In this document: positions 46,789 through 57,156 of the stretch, piece by piece
Numbering within the stretch: the stretch's first letter is position 1
Layout: each line of letters starts with the position of its first letter
DNA from: an uncultured Mediterraneibacter sp.
Lineage (GTDB): Bacteria > Bacillota > Clostridia > Lachnospirales > Lachnospiraceae
Length of the DNA stretch: 64,000 nucleotides
Direction: 5' to 3'
Assembly (NCBI GenBank): GCA_944375765.1
Contig: CALWAR010000054.1
Location: 4,535-68,534 of the forward strand
The notes under the pieces: generated by a model
The model's input: the letters and a program-made list of their open reading frames with translations, nothing else
Told to the model about the DNA's origin: nothing
The model's database searches: none
Position numbers and translations under genes: made by a program

Positions 46789-47652
46789 ATGGAGAGAAAT
46801 GATCTTTGCTGGTGCGGAAGTGGCAGGAAATACAAGAAATGCCACATGCCGATCGAAGAAAAAATGCTGCTCCACGCAGAGAAAGGAGAAATCGTGCCCA
46901 CGAGGAAGCTGCTCAAAACGCCTGCCCAGATCGAGAAGATCCGGACGAGCGCGGCTCTCAATACAGCCGTCCTCGACGAAGTGGCCAAAAACATCCATAT
47001 CGGCATGAATACCGCCGAGATCGACGAGATCGTATACCGCTTTACGACAGAGCACGGGGGTATACCGGCTCCCCTGGATTATCAGGGATTTCCAAAGAGT
47101 GTGTGTACTTCGCTCAACAATGAGATCTGCCACGGCATTCCCGATAAAAATATCATCCTGAAAGAGGGAGATATTATAAATGTAGATGTGTCCACGATCC
47201 TTGACGGTTATTTCTCCGACGCTTCCCGTATGTTCAGGATGGGGAAGATATCCGACCGGGCCGAGCGGCTCATCCATGTGACAGAGGAGTGTGTCGAACT
47301 CGGACTTGCAGCCGCAAAGCCCTGGGGACATCTGGGCGATATCGCCTACGCGATCAACACACACGCCCGCGCCAACGGGTACTCGGTCGTGGAGGAGATC
47401 GGGGGGCACGGCATCGGTCTTGAATTTCATGAGGATCCTTTCGTGAGCTATGTAACCCCCAAAGGAAGCGAGATGCTGCTCGTCCCCGGCATGATGTTCA
47501 CGATAGAGCCGATGATCAACGAAGGAAGCCCGGACTATTGTGTGGACGAAGACAACGGATGGACCGTATATACGATCGACGGCGGGCTGTCCGCGCAGAT
47601 CGAATACATGGTGCTCGTAAAAGAAAACGGGGTAGAAGTACTGACTAAGTAG
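46789..47652 (+). CDS. map: Type I methionine aminopeptidase with N-terminal SEC-C zinc motif
   Basis: CWCGSGRKYKKCH, then the pita-bread fold (DIINVDVS, GHGIG, FTIEP). Confidence 0.92.
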   Translation: MERNDLCWCGSGRKYKKCHMPIEEKMLLHAEKGEIVPTRKLLKTPAQIEKIRTSAALNTAVLDEVAKNIHIGMNTAEIDEIVYRFTTEHGGIPAPLDYQGFPKSVCTSLNNEICHGIPDKNIILKEGDIINVDVSTILDGYFSDASRMFRMGKISDRAERLIHVTEECVELGLAAAKPWGHLGDIAYAINTHARANGYSVVEEIGGHGIGLEFHEDPFVSYVTPKGSEMLLVPGMMFTIEPMINEGSPDYCVDEDNGWTVYTIDGGLSAQIEYMVLVKENGVEVLTK

Positions 47653-47657
47653 TACAA

Positions 47658-47700
47658 AAACCTGAAATGACAACTCTATCACGCATGTCATTTCAGGTTT
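47658..47700. terminator. Bidirectional terminator between the convergent map and pdxK genes
   Basis: AAACCTGAAATGACA / TGTCATTTCAGGTTT stem. It overlaps the pdxK stop. Confidence 0.7.
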
Positions 47701-48572
47701 TTCAGTCTCGCCCGGTTCTTTTCACCCAGCATCCAGAGATACTGTTCATAGTCCACTCCATCATTCCTCGGGACTCCTGCCCTGACAGAGTCCCCGATCG
47801 CCCTCTCGATCATCTTTCCTGCAAGTTCCATCGATTCTGACAGTTCGTCTCCCCGCGCTCTTCCTCCTGCAACGACCGAGGCGAACAGATCTCCGGTGCC
47901 GGAGAAACTCTCTCCTATAAACGGAAAGGCTGAAAATGAAGTTTTCTTTTCCGTCACAGCAAGATTCCCCATCATCTCCTCTCCGCTCTCTTCATCCCGG
48001 AACCGGATCCCGGTAACGATCACTTCTTTTATTCCATCCGCCGTCATGTCTCTTGCCATCTGTTCCGCCAGCGCCACAAGTTTTTTTCGCTCCTTTGTCT
48101 CATTTATGAGCCGGCGGTCAGCGCCTGCCAAAAGACACAGCTCCGTCAGATTCGGCGTGATGATATCCGCACGCAGGGCAAGCTCTCTCATCGCCGCCTC
48201 CATCCCGGATGTGAAGATCGGATACCGTTCTCCGTTATCCCCCATGATGGGATCTACGAGGAGAAATGTGTCTTCTTTATAGAAAAGGTCAAGAAATCCA
48301 AATATCTTCCCGATCTGTTCCTCGCCAGACATAAACCCCGTATATATCCCGTCAAAATGAACCTGCATTTTGTCCCATTCGTTGTAGATCCGTTCCATAC
48401 GGTCTGTATAGTCATCGCAGTAGTAGCTTGGATAACCTGTCTGAGCGCTCAAAACCGCCGTCGGCAGAGGACAGGGCTGGACTCCCATAGCAGAGATCGC
48501 CGATATGGCGGCTGTGAGGGAACATTTCCCGAATCCGGACAGGTCGTTGATGACCGCTATCTTTTTTGCCAT
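47688..48572 (-). CDS. pdxK: Pyridoxal/pyridoxamine kinase (PdxK/ThiD ribokinase-like family)
   Basis: N-terminus IAVINDLSGFGKCSLTAAI with a C-terminal GTGDLFAS anion hole. Confidence 0.8.
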   Translation of the reverse strand: MAKKIAVINDLSGFGKCSLTAAISAISAMGVQPCPLPTAVLSAQTGYPSYYCDDYTDRMERIYNEWDKMQVHFDGIYTGFMSGEEQIGKIFGFLDLFYKEDTFLLVDPIMGDNGERYPIFTSGMEAAMRELALRADIITPNLTELCLLAGADRRLINETKERKKLVALAEQMARDMTADGIKEVIVTGIRFRDEESGEEMMGNLAVTEKKTSFSAFPFIGESFSGTGDLFASVVAGGRARGDELSESMELAGKMIERAIGDSVRAGVPRNDGVDYEQYLWMLGEKNRARLKNLK

Positions 48573-48596
48573 GTTTTCCCTCCCGCTTTCCGTAAA

Positions 48597-48636
48597 AAGC
48601 CCGAAGCATCGTATCTGTCCTGATGTTTCGGGCTTT
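48597..48636 (-). terminator. Terminator of the tilS-hpt-ftsH-GH13 unit
   Basis: On the minus strand, AAAGCCCGAAACATC ... GATGCTTCGGGCTTT is followed by a U-run. Confidence 0.7.
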
Positions 48637-48642
48637 GTTTCA

Positions 48643-50694
48643 TTAATGCCATGCCGGCAGCACCGGTTTCAGCACACACGCCGAATGGCGTCCCATGTTG
48701 AGCACGATTTCGCCGTCCTCGACAATGTATTCGTCATAATCCGTTGTATAGCCCTCCTCGTACGTGTAGATAAGCCGCTTCATCCTGCCCTCTTTCGGAA
48801 CTCCCGAGAGCCATACCGGAACAGCGATCTGCTTTAATTCTTTGCTGTTGTTGAGCACGACTACGATCTGCTCGTCACCCTGGAATCTTGCATATGCCAG
48901 CACATTGTGATCCGCGTGCAGCATCTTTATCGATCCTTTTCTGAGAGGCTTCTCCTCTTTGTGTATACGTATCATCTCTTTATGGTATTCAAGAAGGGCT
49001 TCGTCTTCTTTTCCCCACGGAAACGTACGCCTGTTGTCGGGATCGGTAAAGCCGCACAGCCCGGCCTCGTCTCCGTAATATATTGTGGGAGCCCCCACCC
49101 ATGTCATCTGGACCGTAACAGCCTCGCGCATGACTGCGTGGTTGACGCCCTCCTCTGCTGTCTTTGCCCCGACATGCTCTGCGCGTCCGACGACATGGTT
49201 CGTCCTTGTCAGGAATCGCGAATGGTCATGGTTGGACAGTTCGTTCATCGCCACCTGCAGGGACGGAGTGAGCATACTTGCCATGAAGTGGCGCATCGCG
49301 CCGATAAAATTGTCGGGGTTGCCCCACAGGTCGGTGCGGCGCTCATCACTGTGCTTCTCCATACCGGTAAGAAACCAGGTGAGAGGCTCCATAAACGCAT
49401 CATAATTCATAACACTGTCCCACTCGTCTCCCTGTAACCACTCGATCGGATCCCCGTAGTGCTCCGCCAGGATCAGCGCGTCCGGGTTCGCTTTCTTTAC
49501 TTCCTGTCTGAACCGCTTCCAGAACATATGATTATACTCATTGCTGCATCCCAGGTCAGCCGCCACATCCAGCCGCCATCCATCCACATTGTAAGGCGGG
49601 GATACCCATTTCCTGCCTATATCCATGATATACTGCTCAAGCTTCTGCGAGTCTTCATAGGCAAGCTTCGGGAGCGTGTCATGCCCCCACCAGCCGTCAT
49701 AACTTGCATTGTACGGCCATGCCTCTTCACGGTTGTCATGGAAATGAAAGAAATTTCTATACGGGCTGTCAGCGCTCACATACGCGCCTTTTGGATATTC
49801 CGGCTGCGGCTCATAGATGCGCTCTCTGTCCAGCCATTTGTTAAAGGAACCGCAGTGATTGAACACGCCGTCCAGTATCACACGCATCCCCCTCCTGTGC
49901 ATCTCATCGACCAGTTTTGCAAAAAGTTCGTTGCTCGCCTCGAGGTTTCGGATATCCCCCACCCGCTTCTGATACTTTGACGCATGTATATTGTCTTTTG
50001 CATCCGGCGGGAGAGGTTCCCCGCCGTCGGCAACGATCTTTCCATAGTGAGGATCAATATAGTCATAGTCCTGTATATCATATTTGTGATTGGACGGAGA
50101 AACAAACAGCGGGTTAAAATAGATCACTTCGATCCCCAGATCCTGAAGATAATCCAGCTTATCCATTACCCCCTGAAGATCTCCTCCATAGAAATTACGG
50201 ATGTCAAGCGACGCAGGGACCTGTTCCCAGTCCTGCACTTTTCTGCTGGGCGCTCCGATGTAGATATATTCGTTGTCTTCCACGTCGTTTGTGGGGTCTC
50301 CGTTGTAGAAACGGTCTACGAATATCTGGTACATGACCGCGCCTTTCGCCCAGTCCGGCGTCTTAAATCCCGGGACGATCTTATAGGCATAGTAGTCCTC
50401 CCTGTGGTCTGAAACGCCGTACCGGTTATAGTACCAGAGCTGCTCGCCGCACTTTATCTCAAAGGAATAGCAGAAAGGCCTTTCACCGAGCTGCCACTCG
50501 ATTTCGTAGAAGTCGAACTCCTCGTCCGCAGAAGTTTTCCACATGGCATAACTCCTGTCCCCCGCGAGCAGTTTCACTTCTTCGACGTCATTGTGCGCCG
50601 TGCGAAACCGCAGCACGATTTTCTCATTCGCTTCCGGCTCCGGCGGCATCACATAATCCTGTGTACCGTCACAGAACAGCGCTTCTCTGTTCAT
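48643..50694 (-). CDS. GH13 alpha-amylase-family enzyme (neopullulanase/cyclomaltodextrinase-like)
   Basis: DGVFNHCG, GWRLDVAADL, ILAEHYG and LSNHDHSRF conserved regions. The start ATG follows GAGGAGG. Confidence 0.88.
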   Translation of the reverse strand: MNREALFCDGTQDYVMPPEPEANEKIVLRFRTAHNDVEEVKLLAGDRSYAMWKTSADEEFDFYEIEWQLGERPFCYSFEIKCGEQLWYYNRYGVSDHREDYYAYKIVPGFKTPDWAKGAVMYQIFVDRFYNGDPTNDVEDNEYIYIGAPSRKVQDWEQVPASLDIRNFYGGDLQGVMDKLDYLQDLGIEVIYFNPLFVSPSNHKYDIQDYDYIDPHYGKIVADGGEPLPPDAKDNIHASKYQKRVGDIRNLEASNELFAKLVDEMHRRGMRVILDGVFNHCGSFNKWLDRERIYEPQPEYPKGAYVSADSPYRNFFHFHDNREEAWPYNASYDGWWGHDTLPKLAYEDSQKLEQYIMDIGRKWVSPPYNVDGWRLDVAADLGCSNEYNHMFWKRFRQEVKKANPDALILAEHYGDPIEWLQGDEWDSVMNYDAFMEPLTWFLTGMEKHSDERRTDLWGNPDNFIGAMRHFMASMLTPSLQVAMNELSNHDHSRFLTRTNHVVGRAEHVGAKTAEEGVNHAVMREAVTVQMTWVGAPTIYYGDEAGLCGFTDPDNRRTFPWGKEDEALLEYHKEMIRIHKEEKPLRKGSIKMLHADHNVLAYARFQGDEQIVVVLNNSKELKQIAVPVWLSGVPKEGRMKRLIYTYEEGYTTDYDEYIVEDGEIVLNMGRHSACVLKPVLPAWH

Positions 50695-50698
50695 ATTA

Positions 50699-52540
50699 TC
50701 AGGCCTCCTCTTCTTCGCTGTCCTCAAATAAAGCCTCAAATTCGTCTCTTGTGATTTTCTCTTTTTCAAGAAGGAGCTTTGCACATGCATCCAGCACACT
50801 ATGATGCTCCTGAATGATCGAACGCGCTTTCATGTAGCAGTCGTCGATGATTCTCTTCACCTCTTCGTCTATCGTGCCTGCAACTTTCTCGCCATAACCT
50901 CTCGACGTATGTCCGAAATCCCGTCCGATGAACACTTCATCGCTGTCGTTGTCGTAGTTGATCAGTCCGAGTTTCTCGGACATGCCGAATTTGGTAATCA
51001 TGGATTTGGCGATCGCTGTCGCCTGCCTGATGTCCTGGGATGCTCCGGTCGTGATATCGTCGAATACCTCCTCTTCTGCCACGCGGCCGCCAAGGGATAC
51101 CGTGATCTGCTGGAGCATATGTCCTTTCGTGTTGAACATATCGTCCCGCTCCGGCAGAGGCATCGTATAGCCGCCAGCCCCGCCTGTCGGTATGATGGAC
51201 ACGCTGTACACCGGCCCCACATCCGGCAGCACATGGAAGAGGATCGCATGGCCGGCCTCATGATATGCCGTGATGCGCCTCTCTTTCTCAGACACAATAC
51301 GACTCTTCTTCTCCGGTCCGATGCCGACTTTTACAAAGGCATGGCGGATATCCTGCTGCTGGATATATACCCTGTTCTCTTTCGCTGCCAGGATAGCCGC
51401 TTCGTTCAGCAGATTTTCAAGGTCTGCTCCCGTAAAGCCTGACGTAGTCTGAGCGATCTGCTTAAGGTCCACGTCTTCCCCGAGCGGTTTATTCTTCGCA
51501 TGGACTTTGAGGATCTCCTCTCTGCCGCCCACATCCGGACGCCCCACGATAACGTTGCGGTCGAACCGCCCCGGTCTTAAGATCGCCGGATCGAGGATAT
51601 CCTTACGGTTTGTCGCCGCCATGACGATAATGCCCTCGTTTACGCCAAAACCATCCATCTCCACCAGGAGCTGGTTCAGTGTCTGTTCTCTCTCGTCATG
51701 TCCGCCGCCCAGGCCGCTCCCGCGCCGTCTGGCCACAGCGTCGATCTCGTCAATGAACACGATGCACGGAGCATTTTTCTTCGCATCCTGGAACAGATCG
51801 CGCACACGGGATGCACCCACGCCCACGAACATCTCCACGAAATCAGAGCCCGAGATGCTAAAGAACGGAACCCCCGCCTCGCCTGCGACCGCTTTCGCGA
51901 GCAGTGTCTTTCCTGTTCCCGGAGGCCCCTCAAGAAGGACTCCCTTTGGAATCCTGGCCCCCACCTGGACATATTTTTTCGGAGCCTTGAGGAAATCAAC
52001 GATCTCTTCAAGCTCTTCTTTCTCTTCTTTTAATCCTGCCACATCCCCGAAAGTCACCTTGACCTCACTCTGGTCTGTCATACGCGCACGGCTCTTGCCG
52101 AAATTCATGGCTTTCGCATTCGCCCCGCCGCCCTGACGGTTCATCAGGTAAAAAATGAGCATCACGCCGCCCAGCGTTATCAGAAGCGGGAGAAGTACCG
52201 TCGTGAAGACGGAGTCCTCCGGGATCGCCGACATGCTGTACGCTACGCCGTTCTCGTCGAGCAGATCTTCCACTTCCTCCACGTTGGACACATTGACTGT
52301 CCTCGCCTCGTCTATGTCAATGAGCACGAAAGACACCGTACCTGTAGGCACGGCGCTGTTCAGATCAATGTAGACGTCCGTCACATTGTCGTCCTGCACT
52401 TCGGAAACAAATTCCGTATACGTTATCTCCTGCCGGTGTATCTGCATCCGGCTCGCCATCCAGAGCGCCGCCACCACGATCACAATGAACATCAGTATCG
52501 TGGAGCCGCTGACGCTCCTGTATTTCCTGTTATTATCCAA
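50699..52540 (-). CDS. ftsH: ATP-dependent zinc metalloprotease FtsH (paralog 2, canonical tilS-hpt-ftsH context)
   Basis: [17 protein letters not shown] and HEAGHAI motifs. 613 aa. Confidence 0.95.
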   Translation of the reverse strand: MDNNRKYRSVSGSTILMFIVIVVAALWMASRMQIHRQEITYTEFVSEVQDDNVTDVYIDLNSAVPTGTVSFVLIDIDEARTVNVSNVEEVEDLLDENGVAYSMSAIPEDSVFTTVLLPLLITLGGVMLIFYLMNRQGGGANAKAMNFGKSRARMTDQSEVKVTFGDVAGLKEEKEELEEIVDFLKAPKKYVQVGARIPKGVLLEGPPGTGKTLLAKAVAGEAGVPFFSISGSDFVEMFVGVGASRVRDLFQDAKKNAPCIVFIDEIDAVARRRGSGLGGGHDEREQTLNQLLVEMDGFGVNEGIIVMAATNRKDILDPAILRPGRFDRNVIVGRPDVGGREEILKVHAKNKPLGEDVDLKQIAQTTSGFTGADLENLLNEAAILAAKENRVYIQQQDIRHAFVKVGIGPEKKSRIVSEKERRITAYHEAGHAILFHVLPDVGPVYSVSIIPTGGAGGYTMPLPERDDMFNTKGHMLQQITVSLGGRVAEEEVFDDITTGASQDIRQATAIAKSMITKFGMSEKLGLINYDNDSDEVFIGRDFGHTSRGYGEKVAGTIDEEVKRIIDDCYMKARSIIQEHHSVLDACAKLLLEKEKITRDEFEALFEDSEEEEA

Positions 52541-52543
52541 AGC

Positions 52544-53083
52544 CTATACTCCTTCCTGTCCGATTCCTTCCACCACGCCAATGTATGGAAGGTTCCTGTA
52601 TTTCTGGGCATAATCAAGCCCATAGCCCACTACAAATTCGTCCGGGATCTCGAAACCGCAGTACTCCACCTTCACGTCTTTCACTCTCCGCTCCGGTTTG
52701 TCCAGGAGCGTACACAGCTTCATACCGGACGGGTTTCTCTTTTTAAGCACATCAATCAGATAGTGCAGCGTATTCCCCGAGTCGATGATATCCTCTACGA
52801 TCAGCACTTCCTTTCCCTCTATGGACTCATCCAGATCTTTCGCGATGCGCACAACGCCGCTGGACTTTGTCCCGTCGCCGTAGCTTCCCACGCACATAAA
52901 ATCCATGGAGACCGGCACGCTGATACGCTTTGCCAGTTCACACATGAAGAATACGCCGCCCTTTAACACGCAGATCAGATGGATCTGTTTTCCTTTATAG
53001 TCACTGCTGATCTGTTTTCCCAGTTCTCTGATCCTCTCTTCGACTTTTTCTTCCGGGATCAGCACTCTGATCGTCTCTGACAT
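52544..53083 (-). CDS. hpt: Hypoxanthine phosphoribosyltransferase
   Basis: PRPP-binding motif LIVEDIIDSGNTL. 179 aa. Confidence 0.93.
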   Translation of the reverse strand: MSETIRVLIPEEKVEERIRELGKQISSDYKGKQIHLICVLKGGVFFMCELAKRISVPVSMDFMCVGSYGDGTKSSGVVRIAKDLDESIEGKEVLIVEDIIDSGNTLHYLIDVLKKRNPSGMKLCTLLDKPERRVKDVKVEYCGFEIPDEFVVGYGLDYAQKYRNLPYIGVVEGIGQEGV

Positions 53084-54554
53084 TTTCCTTTTCCTCCGTT
53101 ATCTTTATCTCAAGGATCTTCTTCGTATCCTGTCCCACCTGATATGCCCGGCTCATCCTCAGGCCCGGTATCCAGACGATATGCTTTCCATCGGCGATGA
53201 GCATGAGTCTGTCCCGCATTTCGCGGGGAACTTTCCTGTTGATCAGAAAGTCTTTCAGTTTCTGACGGCCTCCCTCTGCGTCCACTGTCAGATAATCTCC
53301 GCTCTGCCGCGTTCTTATAGAAAGACTATGTTCTATTATATCATAATCGATCCATTTCGTGTAACTTTTTTGCAGGATCTTCCTCGCTTTTTCCACGCCG
53401 CCCTCATTTATAAAGCGGCACTCTATCACCGTGTCCTCTCCCGGCAGCCTTGTCTTTCCCGGAACCGTGAGCCCGACGCTTCCGGCGTCGCCCCGCTCCG
53501 CGCCGCGTCCCGGAGCGCCGCCTCCTGCACCTGCACGGCCTGCGCTTTCTTTCTTCTCCCGTCCGACGAAGACGCCGTCATACGTTCTCCGGGCGGTCAC
53601 GCCGCCGCCGAGATCCAGGCGCTTTCCGGCCTGTCTGTCAAACAGAGCAAGCGCTGCAAGAATGTGTGCGGAACCGATATCTTTCTCTGTTCCCCGTGCG
53701 GCTGCAAGGCACTTTTTTATGAGTTGTTTCTGCACGGCCGGCGCCTCCGCTGCAAAGGAAAACGCATCTATGGCCAGCCCTTTCTCATCCGGTCCGCGGT
53801 CACACACCCGCACGCAGCGCTCCCAGGCCTTCTGCGTCTCATATTCCAGATATTCCCATATTTCCCGCACCTGGCAGGACAGTTCATCCAGATGGCGGAC
53901 TGCTCCCGGATTCACCTGACGGCAGATCTGCGGTACAATACTGAGACGGATACGATTTCTCGTATATGTCTCCTCTCCGTTCGTAACGTCAGTGCGCCAG
54001 CCGACTCCCCGCTCTTTCAGAAATCTTTCAATCTGCTCTCTGCCAAGGCACAGAAGCGGACGTATCCACCGCCCCCGCACCGGCCAGATGCCGCAGAGTC
54101 CCTGCACTCCCGTGCCCCGGGCCATGTTCATCAGGACGGTCTCTACGTTGTCATCCCTGTGATGAGCGGTCGCGATCTTTGTGGCGCCGTTCTCCCTGCA
54201 CATCTTCTCAAACGCCTCTCTGCGGACGCCTCTCCCTGCTTCCTCACAAGATTGTTTCCTTTTTTTAGCAACTAATTCCACATTTTCATGAAAAAAGCGG
54301 CACTCCACGCCAAGCCGTCCGCACAGTTCTCTCACATACGCCTCGTCCGCGTCTGCTTCTGCGCCCCGGAGTCCGTGATTGACATGACATACTTTCACCC
54401 GGAACCCGAGCCGCTCTCTGAGCGCGCACAGCACAAAAAGCAGGCATACCGAATCAGCTCCGCCCGATACGCCCGCGACAACCACGTCCTCTCTCTGTAT
54501 CATGCCGTGGTCCCTGATATACGCTTCTGCCAGTTCTATTATATTTCTCTTCAT
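53001..54554 (-). CDS. tilS: tRNA(Ile)-lysidine synthetase
   Basis: PP-loop VAGVSGGADS. The C-terminal domain contains GDYLTV...RKVP. The ORF tail overlaps hpt by 83 nt. Confidence 0.9.
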   Translation of the reverse strand: MKRNIIELAEAYIRDHGMIQREDVVVAGVSGGADSVCLLFVLCALRERLGFRVKVCHVNHGLRGAEADADEAYVRELCGRLGVECRFFHENVELVAKKRKQSCEEAGRGVRREAFEKMCRENGATKIATAHHRDDNVETVLMNMARGTGVQGLCGIWPVRGRWIRPLLCLGREQIERFLKERGVGWRTDVTNGEETYTRNRIRLSIVPQICRQVNPGAVRHLDELSCQVREIWEYLEYETQKAWERCVRVCDRGPDEKGLAIDAFSFAAEAPAVQKQLIKKCLAAARGTEKDIGSAHILAALALFDRQAGKRLDLGGGVTARRTYDGVFVGREKKESAGRAGAGGGAPGRGAERGDAGSVGLTVPGKTRLPGEDTVIECRFINEGGVEKARKILQKSYTKWIDYDIIEHSLSIRTRQSGDYLTVDAEGGRQKLKDFLINRKVPREMRDRLMLIADGKHIVWIPGLRMSRAYQVGQDTKKILEIKITEEKENVRDDQSADPGRKSRREDQRTGKTDQQ

Positions 54555-54590
54555 ATGTAAACTATAACCAATTCATTCCCAAAAGTAAAG

Positions 54591-55988
54591 TCAGCCTTTC
54601 CATATCCCGATCGCAAGCACTGTCATGTCGTCGGCAGGTTCCCTCCCCGTCCAGGCGAGCACCTGCTCGAGGACATGATGTGCCATCTCTTTCGGATTGC
54701 GTATGTCGCTCCCCTGTATGATCGTCTCGAGAAGGATATCCTGTTCTCCTACGGGCAGGGCGTCCAGCACGCCGTCCGTCACCATGATGATGAAGTCACC
54801 GTCTTCCAGCGTGCGCCTGACAGAATCAATCTCGATACGGTTTGTCACTCCGATCGGGAGGCTCGTGGAACTTAAGTGCTCCACACTGTCTTTCTTCCGT
54901 ATAAATGTGGACGAGGCGCCCGCTTTGATGATCTCACATTCTCCCGTGTACAGGTCGAAGACTGTCATATCTACCGTGGAATAATGGATCTCCTCCCGTC
55001 CCATGACAAGCGTCGTATTTATCATCTGGATCGCTGTCTTTTCCGGGAATCCCGCACTTAAAAGCTCTTCCAGGAGTTCAATGACAAGAGTACTCTCTCT
55101 GCACGCTTCTTCTCCCGAGCCCATTCCGTCAGAGAGCGCCGCCACCTGCCGTCCGCCCGGCATCTCCATAAGTGTAAAGTTGTCCCCCGATATCTGCGCG
55201 CAGCCTTTGCCGATCCGCGCCGTCCCCTGCATCGTGTAGAATGTCGGCCCTTCCATACAAATGACTGTCATATAGTCCTGCCCTATCATCTGCGCGCTGT
55301 CACCTGGCAGGACGAACTTTCTTCCCGCTACTTCTGTGACCGTTCTGACAACCTCCTTTACTGTGACTTTCTGCTTTTTCATACTCCTGGCCGTAACGTG
55401 GATCTCATATTTACCCTCCGAATTCATGAAAAAATGTATGTACAGGACGCGCACGCCTTTCTTCTTGAGTGCGGCTGTGAGCTTCTTCTCCAGCCGGTCG
55501 TCTGTAAAGATGCTGTTCTCCAGCTCTTTTGTCGTGTGACGGATCATATCCGCGAATGTGTCCATCTGGATCGCGCAGCTTTCCCTGCTCCTCGCAATCC
55601 GGTTTACCCATATGATATTCTGGCGCGCATCATGGAATCCCGAGAGCATCTCCCTTAAGAATCGGGGCGCCATGATGCATCTCTGCATCAGTTTTCTTTT
55701 GACTTCTGTGTTCAGTTCGTTTCCGAACTGGTCCACGGCGGACAGGATCTCGTACCCCATCTGATATGTATGGATAAGGTTATCTCCCCAGCACCACCCG
55801 CATTTCTCACACTTTGCACAGACTTTTTCTCTCACCCGCGTGAACATGTCCTCTATCTCTTCGTTGGAAAAAGACCTCTTTTTCTCTTCCAGATCGAGAA
55901 ATGTCTTCGATAACTGTTTCAGTGAATCTGCATACTTTTCTATCTGTTCTACATAAGGGCTCCCGTGCAGAGCCTGTCCCTCATTCAT
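54591..55988 (-). CDS. spoIIE: SpoIIE-like PP2C protein phosphatase lacking the N-terminal multi-TM domain
   Basis: C-terminal PP2C domain (GDNFTLMEMPGGRQVAALSDGMGSG ... MVTDGVLD ... DDMTVLAIG). It occupies the position between divIC and tilS, as in Bacillus. Only about 465 aa, with no hydrophobic N-terminal region. Confidence 0.75.
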   Translation of the reverse strand: MNEGQALHGSPYVEQIEKYADSLKQLSKTFLDLEEKKRSFSNEEIEDMFTRVREKVCAKCEKCGWCWGDNLIHTYQMGYEILSAVDQFGNELNTEVKRKLMQRCIMAPRFLREMLSGFHDARQNIIWVNRIARSRESCAIQMDTFADMIRHTTKELENSIFTDDRLEKKLTAALKKKGVRVLYIHFFMNSEGKYEIHVTARSMKKQKVTVKEVVRTVTEVAGRKFVLPGDSAQMIGQDYMTVICMEGPTFYTMQGTARIGKGCAQISGDNFTLMEMPGGRQVAALSDGMGSGEEACRESTLVIELLEELLSAGFPEKTAIQMINTTLVMGREEIHYSTVDMTVFDLYTGECEIIKAGASSTFIRKKDSVEHLSSTSLPIGVTNRIEIDSVRRTLEDGDFIIMVTDGVLDALPVGEQDILLETIIQGSDIRNPKEMAHHVLEQVLAWTGREPADDMTVLAIGIWKG

Positions 55989-56081
55989 ACTGCGATCTCC
56001 CTTCCTGGACAAATGAAGACTCCGGGGGCTGCCCGGAGTCTTCATTGGTAATCTCATATTATTTTATTTCATTCCTGCCGG

Positions 56082-56423
56082 TCACCTGGACGGCTTGAAT
56101 ATAATCTCATCGGGATCGACAAGATTCAGCTTGTCTTCTGCAGTATCTTTGATATAGTCATCCGTCTTGACGTATTCCTCAAACTCTGCTACTTCCTCTG
56201 CGCGCTTTTCTTCCTCCCTGAGCTGCGCTTCCAGTTCTTCCTCCTGAGCCTTGTACGCTTCGTTCTTCGCCTGGAGGCCGACCGAGCTGACCGCCAGCAC
56301 CCCGGAAAGGAATATGAGCACCATGCAGATCATCATGATGCTCCGCTTATAGCGCCGCAGCCGGGGGTTTTTCCGCCTCTTCCGACGCGGTCCGGTACCT
56401 GACATACGTTTTATTTTACTCAT
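56082..56423 (-). CDS. divIC: Septum formation initiator (FtsB/DivIC family)
   Basis: Basic N-terminus, one TM and a coiled coil. Synteny supports the call. Confidence 0.8.
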   Translation of the reverse strand: MSKIKRMSGTGPRRKRRKNPRLRRYKRSIMMICMVLIFLSGVLAVSSVGLQAKNEAYKAQEEELEAQLREEEKRAEEVAEFEEYVKTDDYIKDTAEDKLNLVDPDEIIFKPSR

Positions 56424-56471
56424 ATTTACACACCCGTCTTAATTAATCTATACCCCATTAATAAAAATATT

Positions 56472-56804
56472 TTATCTGCTTTTTTTATACTTTTCAAGCC
56501 TTTTCTCTGTTTTTTTCATAACTTTAAACAGAACGCGCATGAGCGCATGGCACAGAAGCGCTCCGCATACTACGCCGAGCACGAAGAACCACCGGATACT
56601 TCCGTAAGTCGTTTCATACATCCTCCTGAAGATGTAGATGCTCGCCGCGATCCAGAACGCCATATCTTCAATCCCGACAGCAGCCATGCTGTGCGGGACA
56701 ATCCGCCTGAGACAGCTCAGGATCCGGTATGCGCACAGCGCCGACACGCCTGTCAGAAGCGCATAGGCAAATATCCCGGCTTCATTTCCTATTCCGAATA
56801 TCAC
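56472..56804 (-). CDS. yabQ: Spore cortex biosynthesis protein YabQ
   Basis: 110-aa membrane protein immediately downstream of yabP. Confidence 0.75.
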   Translation of the reverse strand: MIFGIGNEAGIFAYALLTGVSALCAYRILSCLRRIVPHSMAAVGIEDMAFWIAASIYIFRRMYETTYGSIRWFFVLGVVCGALLCHALMRVLFKVMKKTEKRLEKYKKSR

Positions 56805-56812
56805 CGTCAGTC

Positions 56813-57097
56813 CTACTTAAACAGTCTGGAGAGGAGATTCTCTCCCTGTTTTCCCGCCTGTGTGACGCTGGAATAAGCGATGCTGTCGATATTTCCCGAC
56901 AGGTCTACTTCCCCTTTCTCCACGCTCAGCCGGTTGACGTGGAGATCTGTTCCTTTCACCATCAGCATCCCCTGTTCCGTTTCCAGAAGGATCTCGTTGA
57001 GATCAAAGGAGAGGACGTCCAGGACGCCTGTGACCATGCTTGTTTTCCTGTTATTCACTACAAGTTTATGAGCTTTCGCTATCCGCTGTTCTTCCAT
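56813..57097 (-). CDS. yabP: Sporulation protein YabP
   Basis: 94 aa with HKLVVNNRK...VTGVLDVLSFD...L.V.G..L, typical of YabP. Confidence 0.85.
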   Translation of the reverse strand: MEEQRIAKAHKLVVNNRKTSMVTGVLDVLSFDLNEILLETEQGMLMVKGTDLHVNRLSVEKGEVDLSGNIDSIAYSSVTQAGKQGENLLSRLFK

Positions 57098-57156
57098 ATG
57101 TTTTCCCTCCGCTCTGCTTTAAAATATATGAGCGGCGTCCGGGATTTATGCATATG

